A DNA stretch of 64,000 bases, taken from the NCBI GenBank assembly GCA_965238175.1, contig CBDEGZ010000003.1, forward strand, positions 771,885 to 835,884. The letters run 5' to 3'. The DNA comes from Gammaproteobacteria bacterium. GTDB taxonomy: Bacteria; Pseudomonadota; Gammaproteobacteria; CAJXQU01. A program made the translations under genes and the position numbers. Shown here one piece after another: positions 49,215 through 58,887 of this stretch; position 1 is the stretch's first letter, and every line of letters starts with the position of its first letter. Under the pieces are notes generated by a model, which was not told the DNA's origin, made no database searches, and saw only the letters and a program-made list of their open reading frames with translations.

Positions 49215-51121
49215 GGTATCCAGCATAGTTCATTAGGGTTGGTTGTACATGTAAAAGCAGCACGGACTTGATCATTAAAATTATCATCAGCTTGTATCAG
49301 AGCATCAAAAATATCATTTCCGTCGACATTTTCTTTAGCCGTAGGCAATGGGGTTGTATCATGTCCTTCAAAGTAATCCGTTATTGGCGCTCCACCTGTT
49401 GTTCGATCTTGGCCTGTTAATTCACTTCCAGAGTATAAGATTAATGCCCTGAAATCTCCTGAGTTTTCTGGAGCACCAGATCCTGCGGATGTTGCTGCGT
49501 AGGTATTTAAAGTTAAACAAGGCGGAGTAGTATTACACGTTTGAACTTGGCCGCCAGGTGGGTCATCACCAGAAGCATAAGCAATATAAAAATAATGATG
49601 CCAGTTGCCATCTAAAAACCATTGCGGAATTTCACCTAGATTCGGATCAAGATCATATATGACACTTAAATCAAAAGTATTAGTGGCACTACTAACAGAA
49701 GAAAAATCCATAACTGCGCGTCCAGTTTCTGTGCCTAAACTATCAGTATCGATGATTTCTATCGTTGATGTTGTTGGAGGGGTACTTGTCAGATTAAAAG
49801 TTCTAAATCGTGTCCAATCAGGTGATGCTGGTAGAGGAAGGACAGAATTTGAGGTGGTAGTGTATATAAAATGATATGTTCTAGTTTCACCGCCAGTTCC
49901 AGATTTAGTTGCAGTGCAGTCTATTTGATCTTTGTTTGTCCATATACAAGAAACTCCTTGAAGAAGGGGGTTGACAAAAATCGGATCTGAGTAAGTAGGG
50001 TCTTGAAATACATCTTCGCAAAGGGCTATTGGGGGTAAAGTCGAACAGGCAGGAACGGTAGGAGAAATTGTACCATCTGGAATATTCCAAGTAGCAGAGA
50101 AACTATTTGAAGAAGAAATTTCATATGTCTCATTTGGAAGATGAATGGGGAGGTGACCTTGCCTAGTGTTTGGAACTCCATTAAAAGTTGAGTTTGGATC
50201 TGTTGGGTTAATTGGATCGCTATATGGGCTTAACCACGGCAACATCGTATTTATCCTCTGGTAAGTGGACAAGATAGTTGATACTTCGCCTATTGCTCTT
50301 TTTGCCGCAGAACTTATTAGCTCATCAATCGTTACAAAAACCAATGTATCATTAAACTCATCAGTTTCAATCAGTGTAGTTTTTGAATTGGGATAGATAA
50401 TAAAATCAAAGTTAGACGCTGTGTCAGCATTACTATAGGTTGCTCCTCCTACTGTGACACTATCAAGAAATTCAGAAGCTACAGGTGCATTCCCGTTTCG
50501 GTTTTGATTGCTAAGTGCTTCACCCGGAGCAATCAAAACAAAAGCCACTCTATTTGAAATTTCATTACCATTTTGATCTAGAACAGTGATCCAATCCGTT
50601 GTTCTACTAAGTAAATCCGGTCCAATTTGACGATAATCTACACCATTATTAAGCATGTTCTTTGATACGGCATACCAAAGTACCTCACCATTAGGATCTT
50701 GGTAATTCGTTTTTAAACCTCCATATATTGTTGTTCCTGTACATGGGGTGTTTTGACCTCTCCATGGAACTTTACCAAGTAGAAAATTATTTCTGTTAGT
50801 ACCTGTATCTGCTGGATCAAAGTTTCTGCAGTCAGAAAATCCATCATATGGGTTTGTAGTTTCTGATGAGGCGATTCTGTCTGAGAAGGGCATTACGCCG
50901 GGGTGAACTGGATGATTTAAAGACCAACCTATTAAAGCCTCTTTTGCTTCGTTTAATGCACGCATTGTTATGTGATCACGAAAGGATTGTGTGGCTGCCT
51001 TGTTCATTTTAGAGACAAGTAAAGCCGATGCGCCTGTGACTAGTAGAAGAACAAACAATAACAGCGCCGCCCCTTTTTGCTTGTTGGGGTTGTTGATTTT
51101 GTGAGATCTAAAGCGAGACAT
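49211..51121 (-). CDS. large PilX/MshP-like pilus protein (636 aa) with N-terminal pseudopilin-like transmembrane segment
   Basis: N-terminus KQKGAALLLFVLLLVTGASALL resembles a PilX_N domain. The remainder is Thr/Asn/Pro-rich with several Cys pairs. ATG at 51121. Confidence 0.5.
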   Translation of the reverse strand: MSRFRSHKINNPNKQKGAALLLFVLLLVTGASALLVSKMNKAATQSFRDHITMRALNEAKEALIGWSLNHPVHPGVMPFSDRIASSETTNPYDGFSDCRNFDPADTGTNRNNFLLGKVPWRGQNTPCTGTTIYGGLKTNYQDPNGEVLWYAVSKNMLNNGVDYRQIGPDLLSRTTDWITVLDQNGNEISNRVAFVLIAPGEALSNQNRNGNAPVASEFLDSVTVGGATYSNADTASNFDFIIYPNSKTTLIETDEFNDTLVFVTIDELISSAAKRAIGEVSTILSTYQRINTMLPWLSPYSDPINPTDPNSTFNGVPNTRQGHLPIHLPNETYEISSSNSFSATWNIPDGTISPTVPACSTLPPIALCEDVFQDPTYSDPIFVNPLLQGVSCIWTNKDQIDCTATKSGTGGETRTYHFIYTTTSNSVLPLPASPDWTRFRTFNLTSTPPTTSTIEIIDTDSLGTETGRAVMDFSSVSSATNTFDLSVIYDLDPNLGEIPQWFLDGNWHHYFYIAYASGDDPPGGQVQTCNTTPPCLTLNTYAATSAGSGAPENSGDFRALILYSGSELTGQDRTTGGAPITDYFEGHDTTPLPTAKENVDGNDIFDALIQADDNFNDQVRAAFTCTTNPNELCWIP

Positions 51122-51131
51122 TCTCACTTTT

Positions 51132-51749
51132 TTATTTGTTAGGTTTCTCTAACATTTTTTGATAGGAGTCGGTGATTTTTTCGGCTTTTGGATTGAGTGT
51201 TTGGCCGACTTTGAGGCTGACGTCACCGATGTTGATGTCATCGACTTCGACATGTACGTGATCACGTCCAATTCGGTTTGGGTTTACTTTGATGTGTTGC
51301 GGTTCAAAGTAACCATCGTTGGTGTTGATGCCATTGACCCATGCAGTGCTTCTTCCTCCAGAGCGTTTCACAAAACCGTTGACAGTAATTTTCGGTATTT
51401 CGGGTGTAGAAACGGTAACAATTTCAGGTTTTTTTTGTGTCTTAATGACGATAGGTTCTGGCTTCGGTTGGAACTGAAATTGATCAATCACGTCATGTTT
51501 GAATTTTTCTTGTGGCGGTTCAAATTTACTATGATCGACAATGGTGATCGGCGTATAGGTTTGTTTAGTTGTTTGTTGTTTTTGGGCTGGGTGGCGCAGT
51601 CTTTCAAGTGTTGCGCGTTCACTTGCGGTTGTAAATAAACGTCCTAGGCCTTCTGCGAATGTGCTTGGAGCGAATAGGATGATCATAAGTAGGTTGATCA
51701 ATAATGAAGGTTTATTTTTGATCATGTTTTTAAGTGAATTCGTTTTCAT
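51132..51749 (-). CDS. secreted pilus assembly protein, PilP/MshK-like (tentative)
   Basis: A signal peptide, a Pro/Lys-rich linker and a C-terminal beta-rich domain (TVNGFVKRSGGRSTAWVNG...DVSLKVGQTL). Confidence 0.35.
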   Translation of the reverse strand: MKTNSLKNMIKNKPSLLINLLMIILFAPSTFAEGLGRLFTTASERATLERLRHPAQKQQTTKQTYTPITIVDHSKFEPPQEKFKHDVIDQFQFQPKPEPIVIKTQKKPEIVTVSTPEIPKITVNGFVKRSGGRSTAWVNGINTNDGYFEPQHIKVNPNRIGRDHVHVEVDDINIGDVSLKVGQTLNPKAEKITDSYQKMLEKPNK

Positions 51750-51852
51750 AGAGATCTTTGCAGGAGTAGAGCCTGCCCCACGAGTGAAACGAGTGTTTTG
51801 GGTACGTTTTTAACGAAGCCAGAGGATAAAAGAACAATCGTGCAAAGGTTTC

Positions 51853-52467
51853 TCATAATTTGATCTCCTCATTAGCCAGGTTGAGGCTGTACCATTGTAA
51901 TTCGCAATTGGCACTAATATTCGATTTTTCCGGATCAATCTGGATACTTTTATTGGTTCGATTGAAACGGCAACGTTTGATGTTGAACAGGCCTGATGCA
52001 TCTTTGTTTAATTCGCTGATCAATTTTGCCAGATCAATTTCATGTAATAGACCAAGGTTGAGATTCATGCTGGTGGCGAAAAGATTATATGAGCCGGTGT
52101 CTAGTTTGTAGTCTGGCAGGTAGGGTTTTCGGGATTCGATCTGATAGCGCATTGCTGGGAGATTGATTCCTTTACCGATGGATTGCAGTGTTTCAATCCA
52201 GTTAAGACGTTTTTCTGATCCGATAATGCCACGGTTGTAGTACTCGATAAAACGTGGGTAGTGTTCTTTGATAATTTTTTCATCGCCATCGACAGACAGG
52301 TATTTTTGGCTGACATCGCGGAAGTGATTTTGATATTGATTAAATTCAGTTTTCATGTTGTCGCGGAATAAAAAGCTGCCTGCTAGTAGTGCACCAGAGA
52401 GAATCAGGCAAACAAAAAAAGTGAGTATTGAGCTTTGTAGTATTGGCCACTCGATTTTATGTTTCAT
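51853..52467 (-). CDS. MshJ/PilO-like bitopic inner-membrane pilus assembly protein
   Basis: A single N-terminal transmembrane segment and a periplasmic coiled-coil/ferredoxin-like region. ATG at 52467. Follows the MshI-like gene. Confidence 0.4.
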   Translation of the reverse strand: MKHKIEWPILQSSILTFFVCLILSGALLAGSFLFRDNMKTEFNQYQNHFRDVSQKYLSVDGDEKIIKEHYPRFIEYYNRGIIGSEKRLNWIETLQSIGKGINLPAMRYQIESRKPYLPDYKLDTGSYNLFATSMNLNLGLLHEIDLAKLISELNKDASGLFNIKRCRFNRTNKSIQIDPEKSNISANCELQWYSLNLANEEIKL

Positions 52468-54052
52468 TTTCGACTCCCAAAACAACGGTTAGTGCAAAAA
52501 TGGCTTCGTGTATTTCTTGGTCACGCGATTCACCTGAAAGTTGAGATTCTGGGCTGATATCTAATGGTAGACTGTCGATATTAACGTGATGCACATTATC
52601 AGCGACTTTCATTGAGTTCGCAAAGCGTATGACAATCCCCAATGCATTTCGGTAATTTCCATCGAAGGAGGTGATATGACCTTTGATGGTGGCAATTTGG
52701 TAGTAGGAGTAGTCGCCTTTTTCTATTGGGTTTTTGCCATTTTCCCCAAGTGAAATATTATTGATCGGATGCGTATTTGGATCAGAACTTACTACCCAGT
52801 CTATGCCATCAATTTGTATACTGGGATAACGACTGAGCACTTTGCTCACGGTGTTCATCATTAAAAAAGGAGTAGATTTGTGTTTGACCAGAGAATCAAT
52901 AATGTTTATCGCGTTTTTGATATCGGCCGGTTGAACAGCTGTCGGCGGCAGATCTTTTTTCGCTATTTCGTATCGCGATTGATAATACTCAGCTTCTTTT
53001 GCGGCTTTAACAGACTGATGTTTTAGTGAAATGCCTGAAATAAAATTATATCCACCCCAGGTGGTCGCACCCAATATCATCATTAAACTGGCTGCATATA
53101 ATCCGACCCGTGCCTGGTGCATTGAAAAGTAATGCCGATTTTCATTGGAGCCATAATGATTGCTTGGTGTTTTGGACAACAACATGTGTGCATAGATGTA
53201 ATCGCTAAACGGGGTTGACAGCACTCCTTCGACACCCATTTCATGACTTAATGTTGAGACGTCAACCAAATGATAACGAGTCTTTCCAGTGTCTTTAATT
53301 CGTGTTTGCAGATCGGCTAGCATTTCACCGTGAGCAAGAATATAAATATCAAGCGGTTCTTCCCGCGACAGTGTACGTAGATTATTTAAGTAGCGATAAA
53401 ACTTTTCGAGTTCTGATAGAACATAAGGGCCATATGGAGTTGTTCCAAAACGCGGCAATTTAGCCAGACGACTGATCTGAATTTGTTGATCACGAAAGTA
53501 GGTTTGTCGTAGTCCGCTTGAGCCGCCCATGCTAACGAGTAAAGTGTTACTCGATTTTGCATCCAATGGTTTGAGCAAGGCTTTACTCATAATCGGTAAA
53601 GAGTAAATGCCAGCAAGTGGAATTTTATGTTGTTCGAGTAAAGTGATCCATGGTGTGACTGCCGCAGGGTTAGTCAGTGCTGTTAATAATACTTTATCGT
53701 CTTTGCGGCCTTCTTTTTCACGACCTTGAAGCATGTAGTGAGTGTAAGGGGAGTTACGAAAGTTTCGGCTGAGTTTTCGTTCAAGAACGTTTTTGCGATC
53801 TGATCCACTGACATGTGGAACCGTGTCATGGCGGAATTCTTCTTCGACAACATCAACCAGCATGTAAGTTGGTAGTATCGGTGTTTCTTGTAAATAGCGC
53901 GTAAAGTGATAACGACCTGTATCGTCAGCATCAAACTGGAAGGAATCCGTAATCTCACCATCTTGCCAATGGTAAACCGTCACCGCATCAACAGCGAGGC
54001 AAACAGCGCGTTTGGGGCCGCGACTAAATTTTGATCTTAGCAATGAGATCAT
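52457..54052 (-). CDS. mshI: MshI-like (PilM-like cytoplasmic domain + transmembrane segment + PilN-like periplasmic domain) pilus assembly protein
   Basis: A roughly 300-aa cytoplasmic actin-like region, a transmembrane segment (GLYAASLMMILGATTWGG) and a periplasmic C-terminus. Translationally coupled to flanking genes. Confidence 0.5.
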   Translation of the reverse strand: MISLLRSKFSRGPKRAVCLAVDAVTVYHWQDGEITDSFQFDADDTGRYHFTRYLQETPILPTYMLVDVVEEEFRHDTVPHVSGSDRKNVLERKLSRNFRNSPYTHYMLQGREKEGRKDDKVLLTALTNPAAVTPWITLLEQHKIPLAGIYSLPIMSKALLKPLDAKSSNTLLVSMGGSSGLRQTYFRDQQIQISRLAKLPRFGTTPYGPYVLSELEKFYRYLNNLRTLSREEPLDIYILAHGEMLADLQTRIKDTGKTRYHLVDVSTLSHEMGVEGVLSTPFSDYIYAHMLLSKTPSNHYGSNENRHYFSMHQARVGLYAASLMMILGATTWGGYNFISGISLKHQSVKAAKEAEYYQSRYEIAKKDLPPTAVQPADIKNAINIIDSLVKHKSTPFLMMNTVSKVLSRYPSIQIDGIDWVVSSDPNTHPINNISLGENGKNPIEKGDYSYYQIATIKGHITSFDGNYRNALGIVIRFANSMKVADNVHHVNIDSLPLDISPESQLSGESRDQEIHEAIFALTVVLGVENET

Positions 54053-55232
54053 AAATGGGTCCTAATATGGAGAACATTATCCACCCAACCAGCAAACCGA
54101 TCAAAACGGTTAGTGCGGGTCCTATTATTTGTTGTAACTGCTCAACAGACTCCTTTACTTCACGATTATAAAAGTAACTTACATTTTGCAGAGACTTTTC
54201 CAGTGTTCCAGTGTTTTCACCTACACGTAGCATGCGTAACACCAATGGTGGGAATAATGTCGTTTTCCCAAAGGCAGCGCTAATTCCTTCACCATCTGCA
54301 ATCAATCTTCCTGCATCTTTGATTGCACTCGCTATCGCTGCGTTACCAACGATGGCTTCCCCAGATTTTACACACTCAATAACGGTAATACCTGATGCGT
54401 ACATAATAGCGAAATAATTTGTAAACCGAGTCATCACCATCTTTTTCAGGATTGGGCCGAATACCGGTATCTTTAATTTTAAACCATCAAACCAACGACG
54501 AAAATCTGTACTCGTATTGAGCCCAAACATAACAGCGATAAAAATAATAAAAGGTAACAGGATAAACAGGTACCAAAATTCTGTAAAGAAATTGGAAACA
54601 GCGATCAATAGTCGCGTGTGAGAGGGTAATTCTTCACCCATGTTTTGCATAAATTGCATTAATTGTGGGACAAGATAGAGCATTAAAAAAAAGACAACGC
54701 CGATGATAATCGTGAAAACAAACACTGGATAAATAAACAGTTTTTTAGTATTTGCAGCTTGCTCGTCCTGCCATTTCAGGTTCTCGGTGATATGTTCTAA
54801 AACTTGTACCAGTTCACCACTTTGTTCTCCAGCTCGGATCAAATTAACGAATACTGTCCCGAATTCATTTGGAAAGTCAGCCATGGCCTCGGAAAGGCTT
54901 TTTCCACCGCCGATAGTTTCGATCATGGCGATGATCACATCTTTTAAACGTGGGCTGTCAACACTATCGCGAAGATCACTCAATGCCTCAAGGATAGGAA
55001 CACCGGCACGTAATAGTTGATCGAGATGAAAACAAAAAGTGATCAAATCGGCACGTTTGAGTTTTTGTTTTAGAAGAAAAACGCCTCTATTTTTATGGAT
55101 CTCCTTAAAGGAAATTAAATCCAGCCCAAGTCTTGTTAGTCTAAACTCGAGATCACCAGGATTCAGGGCATTTGATCGGCCGTTTACATATTTTCCTGCT
55201 TTATCAATCGCTTTGTATTTAAAAAGCTCCAT
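54024..55232 (-). CDS. mshG: type II secretion / type IV pilus platform protein (GspF/PilC/MshG family)
   Basis: Two T2SSF repeats, three transmembrane segments, about 400 aa. Confidence 0.9.
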   Translation of the reverse strand: MELFKYKAIDKAGKYVNGRSNALNPGDLEFRLTRLGLDLISFKEIHKNRGVFLLKQKLKRADLITFCFHLDQLLRAGVPILEALSDLRDSVDSPRLKDVIIAMIETIGGGKSLSEAMADFPNEFGTVFVNLIRAGEQSGELVQVLEHITENLKWQDEQAANTKKLFIYPVFVFTIIIGVVFFLMLYLVPQLMQFMQNMGEELPSHTRLLIAVSNFFTEFWYLFILLPFIIFIAVMFGLNTSTDFRRWFDGLKLKIPVFGPILKKMVMTRFTNYFAIMYASGITVIECVKSGEAIVGNAAIASAIKDAGRLIADGEGISAAFGKTTLFPPLVLRMLRVGENTGTLEKSLQNVSYFYNREVKESVEQLQQIIGPALTVLIGLLVGWIMFSILGPIYDLIAKIKI

Positions 55233-55237
55233 TAGAA

Positions 55238-56944
55238 CTAGCCTATGCGCTCGGTAAGATCGATCACGCGTGAAATTTCATCCAGGCTGGTTGAGCCTTC
55301 CAGGATTTTTCTGATCCCCATGTCCGCAAGGGTCTTAAACTCTTTTGCTTCTGCCGCTTCGTGTAGTTCTTTTAACGTTGCATTTGCAGCAATCAGCTCA
55401 TCAATTTCTTGATCAAACTTGAGAATTTCCATGATTGCTAAGCGGCCGGTGTAACCATGATGGTCACACTCATCACAGCCTTTTGCACGATAAATTTTGA
55501 TTGGTTTAGTACCGGTTTTTATACCAAGCAGGCGACGCTCAATTTCTAAAGGCTCATAAGATTCTTTGCAATGCTCGCAAAGCTGTCGTACTAATCGTTG
55601 AGCCATTACACCGATAATATTGCCGGCCATAATCTCTGGGCGTATGCCGATATCTATCAAACGTGGAATGGCGCCCATGGAGGAGTTCGTATGCAGTGTG
55701 GTAAAAACCTGATGGCCTGTCATGGCAGCGCGAAAAGCCATGCTGGCGGTGTCTTCATCACGAACCTCACCGACCAAGATGATATCTGGATCTTGGCGTA
55801 GAATTGATCTGATACCGCTAGCGAAATCGAGTCGTACTGCTTCATTAACTGACGTTTGTCGGATCATACTCAATGGATATTCCACCGGATCTTCCAACGT
55901 CATAATATTTACAGATTCGGTATTTAGATGCGAGAGCAAAGAGTAAAGCGTTGTTGTTTTACCACTGCCGGTTGGGCCAGTGACTAAGACAATCCCATTT
56001 GGTCGGGCAACCATGATTTTGAGTAGATCTAAAACATCTTCGTCTAGGCCGAGATCTTCGAGTTTAACAAGGCCTTTTAAGCGATCAAGAATACGCAGGA
56101 CAATGTTTTCGCCATGAACGGTTGGGATAGTAGAAACACGAAAATCGATCGGACGACCTGAAAAAGTAAGTGTGATCCGGCCATCTTGCGGTTTACGCGT
56201 TTCTGCAATGTCGAGTCCCGCCATTACCTTTAAGCGAACTGCAATCGCTGACCAATAGTTTTTATGTAAACTACGGACTTGGCGTAATACACCATCAACT
56301 CGAAAACGAAAACGTAGGAAACCTTCTTCGGGTTCAAAGTGTATATCTGAGGCATTGCGTTTTACTGCATCGGATAATAATGCGTTGACTAAACGCACGA
56401 CAGGTTGGCTATACTCGTCGGTATCACCTTCGAGACTGTCATAATCAATCTCGCCCGTTTCAATCTCTTTAAGAATGCCATCTACGGATAATTCAAATCC
56501 ATAGAATTGATCAATGGCTTTCTGGATTTCTGCTTCACCAGCGAGTGAAACGTCTATCTCTACATCGCCACCCATCAATGCGTTTATTTGATCAATTGCG
56601 ACAACATTGAATATATCAGCCATCGCAATACTCAGATGGTTTCGATTTTTGTCGTAGGTCAGTGGAAGCAATTTGTAACGACGAGCAAGCTCTTTGGGAA
56701 TTCTTTTTATTGCTTCGCTATCGGGTACAACATTGGATAAATCGGTACTTTGTTGTCCGAGAGCACCACCTAAGACATCTCGAATAATTGCCTCTGTCGC
56801 AAATCCTAAACGTACAAGAATTCTACCCAGATGTTCATTGTGCTTTTTCTGTTCAATCAGCGCGATGCGGAGTTGATCATTACTGATCACACCATTTTCA
56901 ATCAGTATTTCGCCGATGCGGAGGGAATTATTCTGTGAATTCAT
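55238..56944 (-). CDS. mshE: MshE-type secretion ATPase (GspE family) with N-terminal c-di-GMP-binding MshEN domain
   Basis: Two MshEN motifs (LRIGEILIENGVISNDQLRIALIEQ and LGRILVRLGFATEAIIRDVL). Walker A GPTGSGKTT, Asp and His boxes. Tetracysteine CEHC...CDEC. Confidence 0.9.
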   Translation of the reverse strand: MNSQNNSLRIGEILIENGVISNDQLRIALIEQKKHNEHLGRILVRLGFATEAIIRDVLGGALGQQSTDLSNVVPDSEAIKRIPKELARRYKLLPLTYDKNRNHLSIAMADIFNVVAIDQINALMGGDVEIDVSLAGEAEIQKAIDQFYGFELSVDGILKEIETGEIDYDSLEGDTDEYSQPVVRLVNALLSDAVKRNASDIHFEPEEGFLRFRFRVDGVLRQVRSLHKNYWSAIAVRLKVMAGLDIAETRKPQDGRITLTFSGRPIDFRVSTIPTVHGENIVLRILDRLKGLVKLEDLGLDEDVLDLLKIMVARPNGIVLVTGPTGSGKTTTLYSLLSHLNTESVNIMTLEDPVEYPLSMIRQTSVNEAVRLDFASGIRSILRQDPDIILVGEVRDEDTASMAFRAAMTGHQVFTTLHTNSSMGAIPRLIDIGIRPEIMAGNIIGVMAQRLVRQLCEHCKESYEPLEIERRLLGIKTGTKPIKIYRAKGCDECDHHGYTGRLAIMEILKFDQEIDELIAANATLKELHEAAEAKEFKTLADMGIRKILEGSTSLDEISRVIDLTERIG

Positions 56945-56979
56945 ACCTGAATTTATCAGCGTCTAAATAGGTCAGACGG

Positions 56980-58875
56980 TTAATTATTAACAATGCCGGA
57001 AAGTTTCTGGATCCGCGCGAGCACTTGAGAAGTGTTGAAGCTAACGGGAGCTTGCTGGGCCAGTTTTAATGCCGATCTATAGTAGCCTAACGCAGCCTTT
57101 GGTTGACTCATTTGGTCAAGACTTACAGCAAGATTATAAGCGTAATCGGCATTTTTTTGATCGGTATTAAAAGCCTCAAAAAAAGATTGCTGTGCTTCAG
57201 GCCAACGGGCTTGTTTTGCATAAAAACTGCCCAAGCTAAAATGTACTTGTGGAGAGTCCGGATTTTGGTCTAGTGACAATTTCAGCTGACTTTCGTTTAC
57301 ATTCCCTCCAGCGTTTCCTTGAAGATTAAACAACGCCGCTTTTACGATTTGATCCTGCGGGTTTTGTTGTAATAAATGTTGATAGTGGTGATAAGCAGTT
57401 TCGTAATTACCTTCCATGACAGCAATGGCTGCGACACCAAGTAGCGCATCGCGATTATCTGGTCGACGGCTTAAAACTTTTCGATAGGCTGTTTTTGCAT
57501 TCAAATAATCTCCAGATAGATAGGCGCGGTATGCGGTGGTGAGATCTGAATTACTTGTTCGACGAATTTGACCCTTGGTGATTTTGATCGCACTTTTCGG
57601 TAGGGTTAGGCCTTCCGCAAAATCTTCGGCCGACATAACCTCGATAGGTTGATTACTGATAGTTGTTTGATTTTCTAGTGTGAACTCACTTTCAAGAAAA
57701 TCGCCTGTTGAAGCTGTTTTTGTTAATTGATCAGAGCGAACGAAAATTCTTTCGGTTTTTGACGTTTTATCTGGAACAGATTTTCCGAATTGAGAGCCCA
57801 TTTCGGAAAAATCCACAACTTCATGGTCTGTTAGTGCGTAACTTGGAAGACCTTTTTTTTGTATTGACAGAGCTTCAGTAGCAGGAATTGAACGTATAAC
57901 CACAGGTTCAGGAGTTATAAAAACAGTTTCTGTTACAACCGGAGCTTTCTGGTTACTTGGAACATTTTCAAATGTTTGCTGGGTTTTCTCAGTTTGTTCA
58001 GAAACTGATGGTGCAATCTCTTTAACCACCGCTGTAAGAATTGGATCTTCAAGTTCTACCGGGGTTGTGTCTGGTTCAAAAGGGGGCGCTATTGTTGTCA
58101 CGGTATCTACATCAACTTCAACTGTTTGCGGTTGTTCGTCGGGTGAGTCAACCATCGTTGCAACAGTTGGTAATGCCGTTGGTACATTGATCGTGCTTGG
58201 TGTTATGTAGGAATAGTAAAGTGCCACAGCGCCTAAACCCAATGCTAAAAAGAGCGTTCCTAAAAGAGCGTATTTGGCTAGACCTGTAGAGGCTTTTCTT
58301 GAATTACCCGCAGTGAAAATGGTATGTGCGGTAACATGGGTCGCAGACAGATTCAACGGTGAGGTGCTGGTGACGGAATGTTCTGTAACATCAGGCGCAA
58401 TGGCAGCATCTATCGCGCTTTCATCCATCGTAATGGACTGGGACGCCTCGAAATAATCTTTCAATGATGTTTGGATTGCCCTTTCCGAAGGTAAGGTAGC
58501 ATCGTGATCAAAATCTGATCTTTGTGAACCTGAATCCGTTTGTAAGGTGAGGTCATCATAAGTTGAACTCACGGCTTTTTCTGGCAGATCTATTATTACT
58601 TCTTTTATGGTGGTGTCATCTAACTCAGGGGCTTGATCGCGGATAGATGTAGTTTCAGGAGATGTGTTTTGTGATTTTGGTTCAAGTTCTAATTCACTCG
58701 TTTCAAACGCCCAATTTTCATCTTGATCCGAAACTGATTTGATCGGTGTATGTTTTTTTTCTAAAGGATCCGTAATCTCTTGCTCGAGTGAAGCTGATTT
58801 GTCTTCTGGGTTATTCTCAGCCGCACGCTGTTTTTCCCTTTCAGCTTTTTTAAGCGCATCCATTAACAAGCTCAT
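56980..58875 (-). CDS. mshN: ExeB/MshN-like bitopic TPR protein
   Basis: MSLLMDALKKAE N-terminus (T2SS-B-like), a roughly 200-aa acidic disordered cytoplasmic region, one transmembrane segment, and C-terminal TPRs. Confidence 0.55.
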   Translation of the reverse strand: MSLLMDALKKAEREKQRAAENNPEDKSASLEQEITDPLEKKHTPIKSVSDQDENWAFETSELELEPKSQNTSPETTSIRDQAPELDDTTIKEVIIDLPEKAVSSTYDDLTLQTDSGSQRSDFDHDATLPSERAIQTSLKDYFEASQSITMDESAIDAAIAPDVTEHSVTSTSPLNLSATHVTAHTIFTAGNSRKASTGLAKYALLGTLFLALGLGAVALYYSYITPSTINVPTALPTVATMVDSPDEQPQTVEVDVDTVTTIAPPFEPDTTPVELEDPILTAVVKEIAPSVSEQTEKTQQTFENVPSNQKAPVVTETVFITPEPVVIRSIPATEALSIQKKGLPSYALTDHEVVDFSEMGSQFGKSVPDKTSKTERIFVRSDQLTKTASTGDFLESEFTLENQTTISNQPIEVMSAEDFAEGLTLPKSAIKITKGQIRRTSNSDLTTAYRAYLSGDYLNAKTAYRKVLSRRPDNRDALLGVAAIAVMEGNYETAYHHYQHLLQQNPQDQIVKAALFNLQGNAGGNVNESQLKLSLDQNPDSPQVHFSLGSFYAKQARWPEAQQSFFEAFNTDQKNADYAYNLAVSLDQMSQPKAALGYYRSALKLAQQAPVSFNTSQVLARIQKLSGIVNN

Positions 58876-58887
58876 ACCATAAGCTCC

